DNA from: Marsupella aquatica
Lineage: Eukaryota; Plantae; Marchantiophyta
Length of the DNA stretch: 64,000 nt
Direction of reading: 5' to 3'
Assembly (NCBI GenBank): GCA_973895155.1
Contig: OZ316892.1
Coordinates: 8,043,251 to 8,107,250 of the forward strand
The notes below the pieces were generated by a model. The model saw nothing but the letters and a program-made list of their open reading frames with translations. It made no database searches and was not told where the DNA came from. This document shows positions 11,401 through 26,254 of this stretch, in pieces; positions within the stretch are counted from its first letter, which is position 1, and each line of letters starts with the position of its first letter. The translations under genes and the position numbers were made by a program.

Positions 11401-13524
11401 CATTAGTATCAAACGGGTCCACTTTTCATCCAAACTTGCCAGGACTAAAAATGACCCGGCCATATAGTCATTGTGGTTGTGTTCAGCACCGATGGGTTGA
11501 AAATAAGATGTAGTTGCATGAAAGAACTTGTTGCATAAAAAGATGTCATCATCTTAAAGATGGTGTGACCCAACCGAGGGAAAGACCTGCAAAAATATGG
11601 GAATATATGGTTTAGGATTGGATTCCAACCAATTCATAGCTCCAAAAATTTCATCATTAAAAAATGAAATAAAATCTCAATTGTTTTTATAAAAAAGTCC
11701 CCCCACAAAAAACAAAAAATTGATGAAAATGCATACTAAAATAATTGCACTTCAGTCTTGATGGATCAGATGGCAATGGTCAATGAATAATACCAAGAAT
11801 AAGGACTAATTAGTTAGTTTTGAAAAAAAGAAAAAGACTGATACAAAAGACAAAAGAGAAGGCAAAGTATAGAAAAATAATTAAAGGGAACAAAGACACA
11901 CAAAACACATAGTGTGAGAAATGTATGCTACAGAAAAAAATATACGAGGATAGTATCTAGGGGTATGTAAGGATTTTGTCCAATCTAGGGTCACAAAAAG
12001 ATATCCCTTAAATCTAAGGGTTGGGATTGATTTCCGCTAATCCTATCTTAGTAAGCAGACAATACGTAGAAAAGTGCAGGATCCATTAAAAGACATAATG
12101 AAAGAAAATGAGAAGAAAATACACGAGGGCTAATTTCGAGGCTGCTATATAGCTCCAAAATGCACAAGGGAGAGCTATTCGAGAAAGGGGTTAGGAGACC
12201 AGGATACGCAGAATTGGCAAGAACTAGCCCATTACCCCTTCTTTGAATGTGAGTAAAGGAGAGTATAATAAAATATAATAAAATATGTTCATTATTTTCA
12301 TTCTTAAAATATATTAATGAAATAAGAAAATAATTATGCACATTTTGGTGGGCCCTAGGGTATTTGAGGAGACATAATTATGGGAGACCATATTAGTGTA
12401 ATGGCCAGCCACTACATCCTTAGTACATATTAAGGGTACTTTTTGTTTATGCATGATACAACAATGAAATAAGAAAATAACAATTATGCACACTTTGGTG
12501 GGCCCTAGAGTCACGGTCTACGGGTCTAGAGGCTTCGCTGGCTAGAGGCTTCACGAATCACTATAATATTGAAGCCTATACCCATGACTCTAGTTTGCCC
12601 TTGGCGCTTTATAAGTAAGATAAGATGTGATTGACACTTACTCCAAACAGGCCAGTGCGGTTCTTCTGCAACAAGGTGCGATTTATGCAGACGATTACTG
12701 TCCGTGACACGGTGACACCCGAGAGTAATGCACGGACAGGACCACCGATCGCATTTCGCACGGAGAGAGAGGACTGACGCTCACGATTATGCTCCGCTCC
12801 GCCCCGCCAAAATTCAATGGAGCAAGAGGCATTTTCTAGAGAGTTCTCCGTGAACGAAGAACAAAGAACGAAGCACGAGAAACGAAATTGAGAGCATGAG
12901 TAGTGCTGCTGAATCACCGCTTGGGAAGATAGATCATCGATCACATTTCTGATTCCCCGCCCGGCGGCTCGGTACTCTGTAGCGTCCTCAATTTCCCTGG
13001 CGGACAGCTCAATCTGCATTTTCTCCACGTTCGCGCGCACGGCGTCAAGATCGTGCGCTGATTTTGTGCTGATTGACCGATTGGATTTTTTGTCCTTGTC
13101 AAACTGTTTGTCTGCGAAGCCTGCTTCGTAACGCGTTTGCCAGCTTGCAACAAGGAGTGGAGCGAATGCGGTTGGTTGATTGATTGATTGATTGATTGGC
13201 ACAATTTGGAGGCCATTGGTGATTGCCTTTAGACATCGAAAATCAGGTGAGGCGGTTTGGGGAGGGAATTCTGCAATGGTGCATGTTTCTGCACCTTGTG
13301 AGGCTCAGAAAACGGATCTTGATTCTCAGACGGATAGGTGTGTTGCGTGAGGGAGCTGTCGTGCTTTTTGGCTGCAGGAATTCGGACAATTATTCCTGAA
13401 GCTCGATTGTACTCCCCCTTGTGAGGGTGTCTGACCCGACTTGAATTGTGAGGCGGGAAAGTGGCCTGCTGGGTGAAGAAGACTGCTCACGATTGAGCAC
13501 ATTACTTAGGCAGACGACTAGCAG

Positions 13525-16500
13525 ATGAGAGGGTTAGCAGCCGTGGTCAAGGGAGGCATTTTTCTGCGCAGCAACACTTCAGCAAATCTAACGAGGAAGA
13601 GGATCGGCAGCTTTCAAATTTCAGCTCTCCACAATTTTGTAGATCGTGTGATGGAAGCAGGGGTGAGATTCACAACTTTCTTGCACAACTTTGTATCATT
13701 GATGCGCAATTTGAGTGGGAACAGATTCACCCTAGACATCTAAGTAGCATCATTCGTGCTCAGTTTAGATAGACATGGATCAAGGAACAAGTCGGCTGGG
13801 ATAAAAAAAATAGCACTATAATCATAATTATTTTTACGTTTCAAGGCACAGATTGTTCTGGAAGGATGAAGTTACGGTGCGTCTGAAGAATAAAGATTTA
13901 AAAACAGGGATATCTGTTGGTCCCGTGCTTTCCTTTACTACATCAAGTGCATTTTGGTCTGTGTCTTCGTCCTCAGTCCACACATCGTTGGCTTCAGACC
14001 TTAACCACGCATTGGCCACTTTTAATGCGTATGCATCTTTCGACTCAAAGTTTGTCACATTTCAGATGTAGCACTATCTCTCGTAGCTGCCTCCTCTGTT
14101 GCCTGCTGCTGCATTAGGACGTCTGAATCGGTCTTTTGCATGTGATTTGTCCGTACTTATTATCAGTAGAATTGCAATTGTCTTCTATAGACTGAAAGCC
14201 TCTTAGTAATGTACTGTTCCACGCTCCGGTTGGGACCCCGGGACTTGAAGATCTTTTCCTTTTGCATTAGACCGTAAAAGTTTCATAGAACTCTGAGGAA
14301 GGCAAGCTTGTGCTCATCTGATATTTCCCTATAAGCTTTCTTACTCGCTTGTTTGTTTCTATGAACCAGAAGAATGTGCAAGCCAATCACACACAAGGCA
14401 ATCAATGCACCTCTAAGAAATCTCACTCTCCTGGCAACAAAGATGGTGTACGAAAGCAAGTATGGGCGCCTAAGCGTCAGAATTATGAATCGGAACTGAA
14501 AGCTTCTGTGACCCGTGATCTAGATGCCATCAGTGATTTAGAGGTGATAAAGTCTCCGCAGCCTCCTGAAGAGGTATTTTCCCATGCATATGCTATACCT
14601 TGTCAGGACTTGATATTAACCAAGAGGCACGCAAATTCTTACTGTTACATTTTGATCAATCAGTTTGGTGGATCTGAGTGTAGGGTTGAAGCAAAAGAAT
14701 CGATAGGGCGGGATTAGTGTCACAGACTCATTGAAGTCTCTGTTTTCGGTCACAAGCTCCTGACATGGATTTGAGAGGAATCCTTTGTCGGCATGGGGAA
14801 TTTCCTGAGTATCACTTTGATGTCCTTTTGCAGGTGGCGGAAAATAAGACAGTTACGACGAAGTTATTTGCTCAAGCACAAGTGAAAGCTACCTTTTACC
14901 CAAAGTTTGAGAACGAAAAGTCGGACCAAGAGGTGAGGTATTGGTGACGCATGCGCTGAATGGAAACGTTTAAAACCAGTCTGATACAAAGAAAGTTTTC
15001 TTCAGCTGACAATTTTCGATGTCGTGATGTGTTCCTTGCACCAGGTTAGGACGAAGATGATCCAAATAGTTTCAGCTGGGACGGGTGTTCTAGAGGTAGA
15101 TTTCTGAATAATCTTTTACATTGCTTTTGCAACTAGGCAGATCTATATCAAGTTTTGAACTGTACTCCCTCGGAATTTATGGATCAATTCCAGTGCGTAA
15201 ATGGCCTGCAGGGACACATGTCAGTTCGTGGTAAGAAAACTGTGAAGGGATACTGGCTCCAATAAACTTCTTGAAACCCATTGATCTTACAATGAATTCG
15301 TAAAGTTCATTGATCTCTATGCAGCAGTCTCCTCTTGCGCATACGCCTAGCTAATATGTCCAATTGAAAGTAATGTGGACATGCCTAGGGAGGAACAACA
15401 GCTCTTCCTTTATATTTTACCGGTGGAGTAAATGGACTGCATCAATTTCATCTCTTCTTGCAGGTTTCGTTGAAACATTCGGGATCCCTCTTCTTGTATT
15501 CTGGAGATGGTACTGGTGGAGCTTTTGCAAAGAACAGTTACGGAAATCTGTAAGTTCTCATGCCTATTTATTTCAACGTCGGTAGCTGGCTCTTTCAAAT
15601 ACATGACTGACTTTAATTGTAGTTTGGCAACTGGTGGCTACATTAAATCTGGCTTGGAAGGCTCAAATTAGTGATGTTTTTGTCATGCGTTCTTTAGGTA
15701 TACAGCTGTGGGTGTCTTTGTGCTGGGGCGACTACTCAAAGAAGCATGGGGTGCAAAAGCACCTGAAAAGCAACGGGAATTCAACGTTTATCTTGAGGTA
15801 AAGCAAGAATGTAGCTGCTGGCTTAAAGCAGGAAATTCTGCACGGGCTTCCCATGAGCACCAAAAGATCCAGCTGTTCAAGTTCAGGATATCTAACATAT
15901 ATACGTGACTGTCATAATGCTGAAGAGGAGTTCCTGGTGTTTCTTTCCTTTTGACAATGGTAACAAGAACTCCACAATGGTAACAAGATGTCGACCTTTC
16001 CGAGCCGTGGGTCTTCACTGTGTCGTCTTACTGTGGGGGTCTGGTTCTTCAATTCCGGATGGTCTGAAACCCGTTATCGCAGCATTGCATGTCTAGTTGG
16101 AGGCCTCTAACCTTGGATACTGTGTCAATGTAGGAAAATCATTTATCCATTGCAATGGAGCTAGTTACTGCGGTTTTAGGGGATCACGGACAGCGGCCTC
16201 TTCAAGATTTTGGTTCGTTACTGCCTCAATTCAGCATATATATATATCTGTCTGTTCTTAATTCTGATTCGTCTAGGATTGGTGTTCAGTTTAGTTCAGC
16301 AGATGCTTAGACTTACGGCCTGAGGATTTTATTGGACATCTATGGTGTCGTTTACTGGCTCATAAAACTCGGCTAGAATATTTATGATAGTTCAGATAGA
16401 CAATTCTGATCCATTCATGGTAGATGACAAGCATGATCTCTTAAAATTGGCAGTAGAAGTTCTTTCGCAAGTAGTACCTTCTCAACCTAAGAGCCCATGA

Positions 16501-19500
16501 CAAGTATAATCAATATTTGTGCTTATTCGAAATTGAACTTTTGTGGGTTGCTTTGAGCAGTGGTTGTAACTGCTGTGACTGAACTAAAAGGGCGACCACG
16601 TTTTTCTTCAACAGCGGATGTGGTTGCCTTCTGCCACAAGTGGCGGCTGCCAACAAATCAACTCTGGTTATTTTCGAAGAAGTGAGAATTTGGACTTTAG
16701 TTTTTGCATTGTTTGGGTTAGTTACAATTACACTCGTGTTGTGTCCGTGCGTAAGGTCTTTTGTACTGGGCTTGAGGTGCATTTCTGCCGCTGATGGTTA
16801 ATGTTGCCGCTGAAATTAGAAAGTCGGTGACAGCTTTCTTCTCAGCGTATGATGCCCTTTGTGAGGAGGGAATTGCAAGCAGTGTCACGAAAGCTTTGGA
16901 TGAACTAGCTGATTTGGCAGTGCCAGGTGGTTAATTTTGTAAACCTTCTCTCCGCTTCTTTGGATGTGTGCGCTCATCTGTCATACCTGGAATTGGTTGG
17001 GATCTGCTCGTGATAATTCCCTTGGTTCAAAATGCATTTAGTAAGTGTACAATTCCTATAAGCGGAGAACCACTTGCATAATGATGTTCCGCCCAAATAT
17101 ATAGTGTAAATGAAACGATTAGCGGTACTTGACGGTTTGAGTGATGTCCTCACAGGGACCAGGAGCCATACAGAACTCCAAGGAGAGATTCTCGAAGGTC
17201 TCGTGGCACGTGTGGTGAATCCCACAAGCATTACCCATATGGAATCGACTCTACTTCAGCATCGTGTTCCCGAGAAACCAGACGGTACTAATCACTTTCA
17301 TTAGCAATCCGTCTGCCTCTTACAATATCGCTTAAATACCGGTGATCGTCTGACTGATAATGTTTGTAATCCTCAGGATCAACCAACCTCGGTCTATCGC
17401 TTCGAGAAATTTGCGCTGCTAATAGGGAGAGTGAAACGAAGGTTTGTTTATCCCATAAATGATTCCATTCCGTGATTGAAAGTAACAAGCAGACAAAGTT
17501 GGGATGGTCATTTCAATGGTGAACATTACGTCCGAGTCTAGAATATTCAAATTCTTATAATTTAGAATTGAATTCCTTCATTAAAAATAGAACACAAATG
17601 GTTTTCTTAATCGTTCTTGATTTGCGATTGAGAATCACCAGGTTAATTATACAGATCTATCTCTTCTATTGTTTTCTGGTGTGTGGGAACTTTCTCTTGA
17701 TTTCACTTTTGGAGTCGGTGCCATAAACGTAGCGAAATACTGAATCGTTTTGTTGGCTTATTTTTTTGTAGCAAATCAAAGCTCTTCTTCAGTCCATCGG
17801 GTCCGATATGTGCTCCAATGTTTCGGACTGGTTGGAGGAGAAAACTCCTGTCGCAGAAGCACAGTTGGTAGCGAGCTTCCTGCAGGCCTCTCCTGCTGAT
17901 AAGCAAACACTAAAGTTACAAGTAAGGCTTCACCGTCTTTCCTACTACCTCCTTTCAAATTTCTTTTTCATAGCTTGAAGTTGTTGTGCAGTGGAACAAA
18001 ATGATTTTGTTCTCGTGTCCCTTCTCTGCGTGACATCACCTCATCACATATAAGGAAAATATTTAAGCTAGGATCTAGCATGGCGCGACGTCCAAAGTGG
18101 ACAATTGGGAGGCAACAGAATGCCGAAACTGCATTGCTTTTTTCTTGAATTTTTCCTTTGCTTTAAGAGTCTTCATAATTCTGAACAAGCTTAATTCTCG
18201 TCTGTGCAGGAACTTTGTAATGCCATACGTTCAAAGAAGTTGCCTGTTCGCTTCAAGTGCCGGACAAATTCACATCGCCAACAAGGTGTCATGGATGACA
18301 AGGACTTATCATCATTTAGAATGACAATTCATGTGCTATCTGATTTTGCGTTTCAAAGATATCAAACTGAGATGAGGTACTATGAGTTCAGCACCAATGA
18401 TCTTGACTTTGGGCCTCTGCCTCTGACCCACTTCTATCATTCTATTCTTTCTATTTTATTCAATGCATCGTTCTCCTGCATACTAAGAGCTACGTACTGT
18501 TCGTCATGACAGGAAACAACCTGGTTTGTGGCCATTATATAGAGGTAAGCGTGACAACAACCTGATCTAGCGTCAGTATGCCTTGTAGTTGTCAGACCAA
18601 TGTCTCCTGTAATGGATGTGGGATCGTGAGGTTTTTACTGGCAATTAGCTGAACTGTTTCTCAAAGGAGCTGACGGAGTTTTACATGCATTATGGTTGGC
18701 CGTCATGATCCAGGATTTTTCGTGGATGTCGATTTGTTCCACTCGAAGGACAGCCTTTCTGCTCCTACTGGTCATGGATTGGAAGAAAAGCTGGCGGAAC
18801 AGCTGACTTTAAACGACCAAAAACTGCCAGCTGATACCTTTAACGATACAGAGAACCTGATGATAAAACTGAAATTTCTTCCCTACAAGGTTTGTGAAGA
18901 CGCTGCCTATGTGACTTAACAGTGTCGTTTCTCCAACTGGATTTTAGGTGAAGCGTGCACCGTCTGCTTGAGATCATGTTCATCTAGAGGTCAATGTTCA
19001 TTTATTTTTGGAGGTTCAGGAGGTTGGATCAGTTACCTTGTTCATTCATTCACATTTCACCTAAGATGTTGTTGCCAATGGTCTCTCACCTGAGTACCTC
19101 ATCTCAGATATGAATGGCGTCTGTTTCAATTCTAGTTGCCTTATTTAATAGAATTTTGAACAGAAGTTTTACTGCTAACAATTTTACAATCCTCTGTTCC
19201 AGATCCGTACATTTCTGATTCGCAACGGCTTAGCTTGTCTTCTGAACAAGGGAGTTGCAGAGTACAAAAGTTACTACATTAGGTAAATCTGTCCTTCCAA
19301 GGTCGATTAGACTTTTATGGTATTAGCTCGTAGTCCAGGTTCACTAAGTTGAATCAAAACAATTCCAGTTCTAGAACCATCCGTACAAAATTTTACTATC
19401 TAAGATGAGACTTCAGTCTGATGTCAGAGTTGTAAATTGCTTAGAATCAAGTTTTGCCAGTTTCAGAGACTTGGGGTGCAGGTAACCATGTTTTCTGCTT

Positions 19501-22500
19501 TTCCATAAACTAAAAGGCTGCAGTCCAGATTCTAATAGGTTCATGGTTACAGTTGAAGTTCTTGGTTCTATTCTGAAACACAAAGGACTTGGTTTTGTAG
19601 CATACTTACTTGTACCCTTCTGGTTCTCGATCTATTCCAAGCTTCAATCTCATCCAACGTTGTTACTCTTGGCAGGCAAATGAAGAACTGGGGGACGTCT
19701 GCTTCAAAACAAAAGGAACTTGTGCAGCTCCTTGATGAATGGTAGCTTTCTTCTTGTTAAAAATCAAGATCTGGATATAATATAGATCTCCTAGCGGCTG
19801 CCTGATACCAGTAGAAGCCACTCGGGAAATACTCCTGGACAAGATTATCAGGCATACGGTAGTCTTGTATCTTGAACATAGTTCGTATCGTCTTTAAAGT
19901 TCATTACAACATGGCAAGATTTTGATCTCATATTTTTTTATCACTACAGCGAGAACAATTGTATCTCTTTTATCGCTTTTTTAGATTGGAATTTCTAGAC
20001 ACATGGAGGCTGTCGACCACAATCTGATCTCGTTCGGTCTCCTGTGTGTGATTGCATGTCACAGGGCGGTCTATGCCAGAAAACATATACGAGATCAGAA
20101 GCTACATACCAGCTACTTGACAGTCGCTGAACCATGGTTAGAGAAGTATGCGCTGCGGAGCCCCAAAAATCGAAGATTAATTGGTGCAGCTGGATCTGTT
20201 GTTAACATTGACCAGTTCTTGGCTGTTCCTGAGGAACGAAGTGATGATGAAGAGGAGTCCAGCACTGTAGAAGATGAGTCAATCAGGATTCCTTCAGAAA
20301 CTGATCAGCAATCTGCTACGTCTGTTAAGGCTAAGGGACTGCTGGTCTTTTTCCCAGGTACCCGGATTTGGTGTTCTCTGTTTAGGAAGCCTTTCTTGGC
20401 GCTTGGCATTCTTGAACTACATCAAATAATTTCCTCTGTTCAGACAGGTCTTCTTAAGACGAAATTCATTTGAGGTGCAGGAATTCCAGGCTGCGCAAAG
20501 TCTGCTCTCTGTGAAGAAATTCGGAAGGTATCTGAGTTTGGGTATCAACACCATCTGATGGGAGATCTTACCAAGGGTGGGCTCAAGCAATCCTCCAGTT
20601 CTTTGTATTCAGGGTACAGTTGTTTTCCAATTCTTGCTGTTAGAGGCGTAATTCATCCATACGTCGACTTATAGAGCAGTGTCCGGTTTTGTGTCGCTCT
20701 GGAGCCCGGCAAGTGTATTTCTATGCCAGTTGTCTGAGCATTGGTTTGCGCTCCTGATTAGAATGGGATTCCATGAGCTTGTATTTCAATATGACTCTGA
20801 ATGGTCATTGTCCTGCTGGCATAACACAAAGCTTCGCTGATTTTGGTAATCGGATATTTTGAATTTATGTAGGGAAGTATTGGCAAATATTGGGTGATCA
20901 ACGCAAGAAAAAACCCCAGGCAGTAACTTTGGCTGACAAGAATGCACCGAATGAGGATGTGTGGAAGCAGGTATGTATAGAGTATCTATACCCGAATAAT
21001 AAGAAGATCGACAACAGAAGTGAGAAAAACTAGATTTTTTTTGGAAGGGATAGTGCTCTCTATTGTTCATTCGCGTTGCGAGTAATCCACAATCAGTCCA
21101 TTATCAACGAACAGACTACTAATCATCCGACCACCAAGAACAATGGACCCTACACTACCAACTTGCAGAGTTGCGACATTACGTAACACTTAGTGTTATT
21201 TGATCATCTGCTACAAAGGGAAGGACTGAAAAAGATTAAAAATTGCTCTTTTTTAACTACTCCAGTAGATTAAGTAAGAATCCCTGGGAGATTAACCAAA
21301 ACTAACAGTTCCATCAATGTTTCGAAAGTCAGCCTCGAGTTCCCCCAATAAAGTGTCTAATATACCGAAAATTGTCCTTCATCAATGGTTGTTAAAGCAT
21401 ATCAACCTAACTATTGTGTCCATGCAGATAGAAAATATCTGTGAAAGCAGTCAGGCAGTTGGCGTTCCAGTTATTGCAGATTCTCCAGGTTACTCTCCCA
21501 TCACTGGTGACCTCTCTGAAGTAGCACTTGAAATTACAGTGAGCAGGATTAATGGTTTGCAATTTAACTCTTATTGTCTGACTTTAGTAATTTAACTTGC
21601 TTTATCATGAGTTTTAATGTGTGGGTGTACGGGTTGTGCTCGTGCAGGAACTCAATCGAATCCGTACTCACTGGATGCTTTGGCAATCTTTATGTACCGA
21701 GTACTGCAGAGGGTTGAACACCCAGTGAGTAATCTAGCCTATCCTTATACTTCATGAATATGAGACATGTATTGCGATAAAGAAGTACATTCATCCTAGT
21801 ATGCACCCTTCTTATCCAAGTTTAGCGAATCTCTCAACATATAAAAACTAGTGACGAAGATGGTATTCAAATAAAGGGCACAGAGCACAGAGCATATCTG
21901 AGAAGTAAGCTTGACATTAAAAGTGGTGTTGCAACGAATCTCACATCAGGTTTAGAGTTTGAAATGTGAATTTGCCATTTCTGACTGGCCATATGAGATC
22001 AAGTACTGGTGTGTGAAGTAACTACGTTATTTGTAAAGTTCTTCCTGGAAAGCTAGGATCTTTATGACCTTAGAATAAAATCCTTTCTCCATCTGAGCAG
22101 AGGTCTATATCATGTATGTTTCCTCGGAGGACTTAGATTCAACGACTTAATGCTTTTCAGGGGAAATTGGACAAAAATTCTCCCAATCCTGGAGCTGTTC
22201 TTCTCATATTTTACAGCTTGTACAATGGCAAGGTGAGAGCATTGAAACCCTGATGCCGAATTCAGATTTTTCACTAAAAGATGGTCTCCTACTTCTGGTT
22301 GTAATTTTTCCGATCTTCTCAAGTAAGATATAGGAGGACTCCGACTGTACTGCAGCCTCAAAACCCGAACTTGTCTGTGATAAGTTTCAACTAGGCAGTT
22401 CAAGTGTTGACAAGCAAAATTACTATTTCTTCGCAGCTGCAAAAGACGGTCCTGTACTTACTGATCGTCGTCCCTATACATGTTCTTGTGGTAACTTTCA

Positions 22501-24618
22501 GGACCGGAAAGAGTTTGAAGAAGAGCTACTTGACCGTTTTGGACATCTTGTCAAGATGCCATTACTAAAGGCAGATAGGTTAGTGAAGCTCTATGTCTTG
22601 TTAGATTTGCTCATTGTTCCTCTTGGTTAGAATAACCAATTTATTCAAAATTGTCTTTTCTCACGGGGTCTTTATTCCGTTAGTGTGTTTTACACTGGCT
22701 AGTCCATTAACTTCCGTTCTTTGTCTTTGTGACTACAGAGAGCCATTGCCAACGGCCGTTCTTGAGGTTTTAGAGCAAGGTCTTACTCTCCAGAAGAAAC
22801 ATATTTCTAAACATGGAAGGCATGATGCTCCAACCTTGGCAAAGAATACGCTTAAATGGCTTACAATACTTAAAAGAACTGTATCTAGTTGCATCTATAT
22901 AGAGCGAGAACAAGGGTACCCCGTATTCAGGAACACTTTTATTTTGTGCGTATTATAATTGAAAAGGAGCATCGAAGCATCTGAAATGGCCCGGCTCCAG
23001 CTCGTCATGTACAGCGTGACCAGGTTGCCTCTGCGCACATCCGTCCCAGGCCTCTTACGATATTTCTCTTTTGCAGATTGGAGAGCACCAAAGGGACCTT
23101 TAAGGATGCTTGGGCTACGTGGGAGGCACAATTAAAGAAGACATTGAGCGCAAACTTCAAATATCTGGATTCGATACAGGTTTGGACACAAACTTTTCTA
23201 CTCCATTTTCCTCTTTCCCAAGATAAGACTAGTCCTCAAGAGCCTTGATTAGTACCTCATTCCGTTCATTGAATTCCATAAGCAGAGTTGGATTAAGAGT
23301 GCTGTCAAACTCGTGATTTCCGTTGGCGCTGTTGCACATGAAAACCGCTCTCGTTTGTGTTTTGGGAGAAAATTGTGAAGACTTGTTAAGAAGCTTGCCA
23401 TTTGATGGCTCTTGAAGATTTTGATGTTAGTTATTTTATATGTTCGCACCTGGTTAGTTCTTCATTACAAGGATTCGTTATATTCCTTATTTGGTGTCAA
23501 AGTTCTCCTGGCTGTACCTCCGCAGACGTGCGTTAATTAGACAAAAACAATTTTTATTTGAGCATACCTGTATCTCCAGGATAAGTTGCCTCTGGTTGCA
23601 AAATGCAGGTCCCACTCCAGGATGCAGTGAACTCAGTTGTAGAGCAGCTGCGGAGCATCATGAAATCAGGCCTAATTATGCATGTTCCCAAGGTCACAGA
23701 AGAACGAACTTTCAATACGATTACTTTTGCTGCCGTTAAGCTGCCGAAAGGGGAAGTAGCTAAGGCACTAGAAAAGGTGAGTCATCCAAGATGCCATGTT
23801 TGTTGTGTGCAGTGCCGGCTAGTTGAAGATCTGCTTATGAACCTGTGTATTATGGCAACGTATACTGAGCTACGATGGAGATTCCGCCTCTCATTGCAAA
23901 AACCCTCATTTCTGCTTGCCTTTTTCCTCCCCCCCCCAAGGAAATGGATGTGATGAACTGTGATTTATTTTGTTGAGAGTATGGATGTCTGACCGGGGAG
24001 CCTAAATCAGGACGCACGGTTCCAATGTCAAGAGTGAATGATCACTGTGTATATTATTCACCTGTGAATGAACTTCTTTCCGTCTGCAGATTATATCGGA
24101 GGATTCTGATGTTCAGACCTACATCACTGGCAAAAGTTGGAAGGAAAATTTAGGGAAGGCTCATGTGACGCTTGCACACAAGCATGCGCATGGGGTAGCA
24201 GCAGTAGCTGCTTATGGGTCTTTGCGCGGCTCCCCTGCCCCAGTCCAAATCACTGCATTGGTTTATTCAGACAAGCTGTGTGCCCTGGAAGTTCGATTAA
24301 ATGCCGGTGATGAACAGACAATCAAGTCTCTGAATTCATGGCCTCATGTGACGGTAATCATCTTCTTATAATACTACAGTCAACGTTTGGCCTTTCATGA
24401 ACTGGTTGCAAGTTTGATCAAATCCGTTGAAATTGGATTCTTTGTTAACTTTGGATGGTTAATAAAATACCTTGGCTATTCCTGTTCAGGTTTGGACTGG
24501 ACAGGGAATGAAACCAAAAGATGCAAATGCTCTACCTGCTCTCGTTGATCAAGGGCAAGCCAAACGGAGCAACTTTTCCACTCCGTATAACATCACTGGA
24601 ACATTAGACTTCGTATGA
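13525..24618 (+). CDS. RNL: Plant tRNA splicing ligase (adenylyltransferase/ligase, polynucleotide kinase, cyclic phosphodiesterase), more than 25 exons; start and N-terminal exons uncertain
   Basis: Spliced exons give QVWAPK (about 14460), ATFYPKFENEKSDQEVR (14890-15050), VSLKHSGSLF (ligase motif I Lys, about 15465), MELVTAVLGDHGQRP, QGEILEGLVAR, the P-loop FFPGIPGCAKS (20350-20505), ADKNAPNEDVW and two CPD HVT motifs (about 24163 and 24345). Stop TGA at 24616-24618. Confidence 0.95.
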
Positions 24619-26254
24619 CTGGGTGCCATCATGTTGACCGTAAAGTAGATAAATGCAAGTCAAACTTTGGGACTGGGAAATGGCGTTTCTATCTTTCAAT
24701 AGTCATGTACGCGGTCTGAGCTGTCAAGGTAAGAAAAAAGAAGCACATTTGAAGCCCTTTATTGTATGGACAATCTGATGGGCATCATTTTCCAAGAGCG
24801 ATCGAGTATCAGGGGTTTTGGAAGCTGAGAATGGATTCGATATGCCACAACGGGAGGTTCACGCCAAAAATTAGTAAGTCAAATCTAGGATCTCCATGTT
24901 TTGCTTCACCTATGGTTTCTCACCTAAAGGTTTGCCATCCACTCTTCAGTATAACATGCTGTTTTTGATTGGGAGTAGACCTGCCCCACAGCTATGTTAT
25001 ACCGCTGATTGAAGTTTTTTGCTCCAACTTCCTAAATTGCTTGTGCAGGTGACTAGAGATAAGGAGACGCAAATCACAAATGTTGCAAGTCGGTTTATCA
25101 AATACCAGCTCGCTAGTTGATAGGAGGGGCCTATTAGCTAAACTTGGATTACGAGTAACAGAATTTTCTTCGCAATGTGGTAGTCTGCAGCCAAGAGACA
25201 ACTCTGCATCCTTATAGATTGAAGTCTGCTGGTTGTGTGTGAAGATCTTTTGGCCTCACTGTTGAGATATGCATATTACCGGAGTAGGGTGTCTTTAAAG
25301 CCTGTACTTTGACGTTCTAATTTGAGGGCCTCATTAGGAATTCGTGGTGGTTTGGGACCTTTTGGTAGCCACGACTCAACATGGTACCCGCCAACACCTT
25401 TATGATCTTTCTTTTAGTTGATGGATTGAGCGTCTCAGGAGAGTCTCAGCGAAAGGCATGGAATCCAAAATGCCAAAGTGTCACGAGTGAATTTGTCTCA
25501 AATTAATTTTCAACAGCCTGACCCAGACTCTCACTTCATGACCGTTATCCAAGCCTTCCCTCAAGTTAATGAGATGACGTTGATCCTCCAAAAATTGCAA
25601 ATTTATGATATGCTCCTTTGAATTGATACTTACAAAATTCCAAGATTATAATATACTCGTTCGTATACAGGATTGTACTAAGTGAAGTCCCTATACTGCA
25701 AGTTATCGTGAATAGGGACGTGCAAGTATCGTGAATCTAATATTGGACCCCCGGTGAGTCAGGCCGTGAACCGTTGTTAGTAACCCAGATCCCTTGGAAG
25801 TTTTGAATATTGTAACGCCCTGTTTCCAGGGCATTGTGGGCTATAATGGCCCCAAAACGAGGCCTAGTGTTGAGTGGCTATTATTGTACCAAAAATTCTG
25901 ATAACAATTGTTTTTCACTCCTATTGATTTGATTTTGGTTTTTCCTTGTTTGTCACTTAAGATAAAAACAAATTTCATAAGTACTGAGATGCCATCCAGT
26001 GGCACTTTTCCCAACTATTACTCGAAGCCATTTAGCTCCAAGAGTGACTACTAGCTCCGTAATTGTAGTCAAGCATTGTTAACTGCACATGCGTACCGGA
26101 GATTCCCTTGGAGCCATTTAGTTCCAAGAGTAGTTGCCCAGTGGAGACGCTTTTAGTAAAAATGCGGGACATGTCTAGTTGGTTTATTAGTGTTGCAGGT
26201 GTAGGGCCCAAGGGGCGGTTGGGGGCGAGTTCATTATGTTCTCGTGTACACCCA

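Noticed and set aside
8470-12500. Probable decayed TE fragments and short ORFs
   Set aside because: I could not identify termini, a TSD or protein motifs to support a specific call.
12609-13202. 197 aa minus-strand ORF divergent from RNL
   Set aside because: It starts in a (GATT)n microsatellite, has no recognisable domain and overlaps the probable RNL promoter/leader.
25811-25870. TGTAACGCCC, a Gypsy-like LTR start
   Set aside because: No matching LTR end, TSD or internal domain was found.
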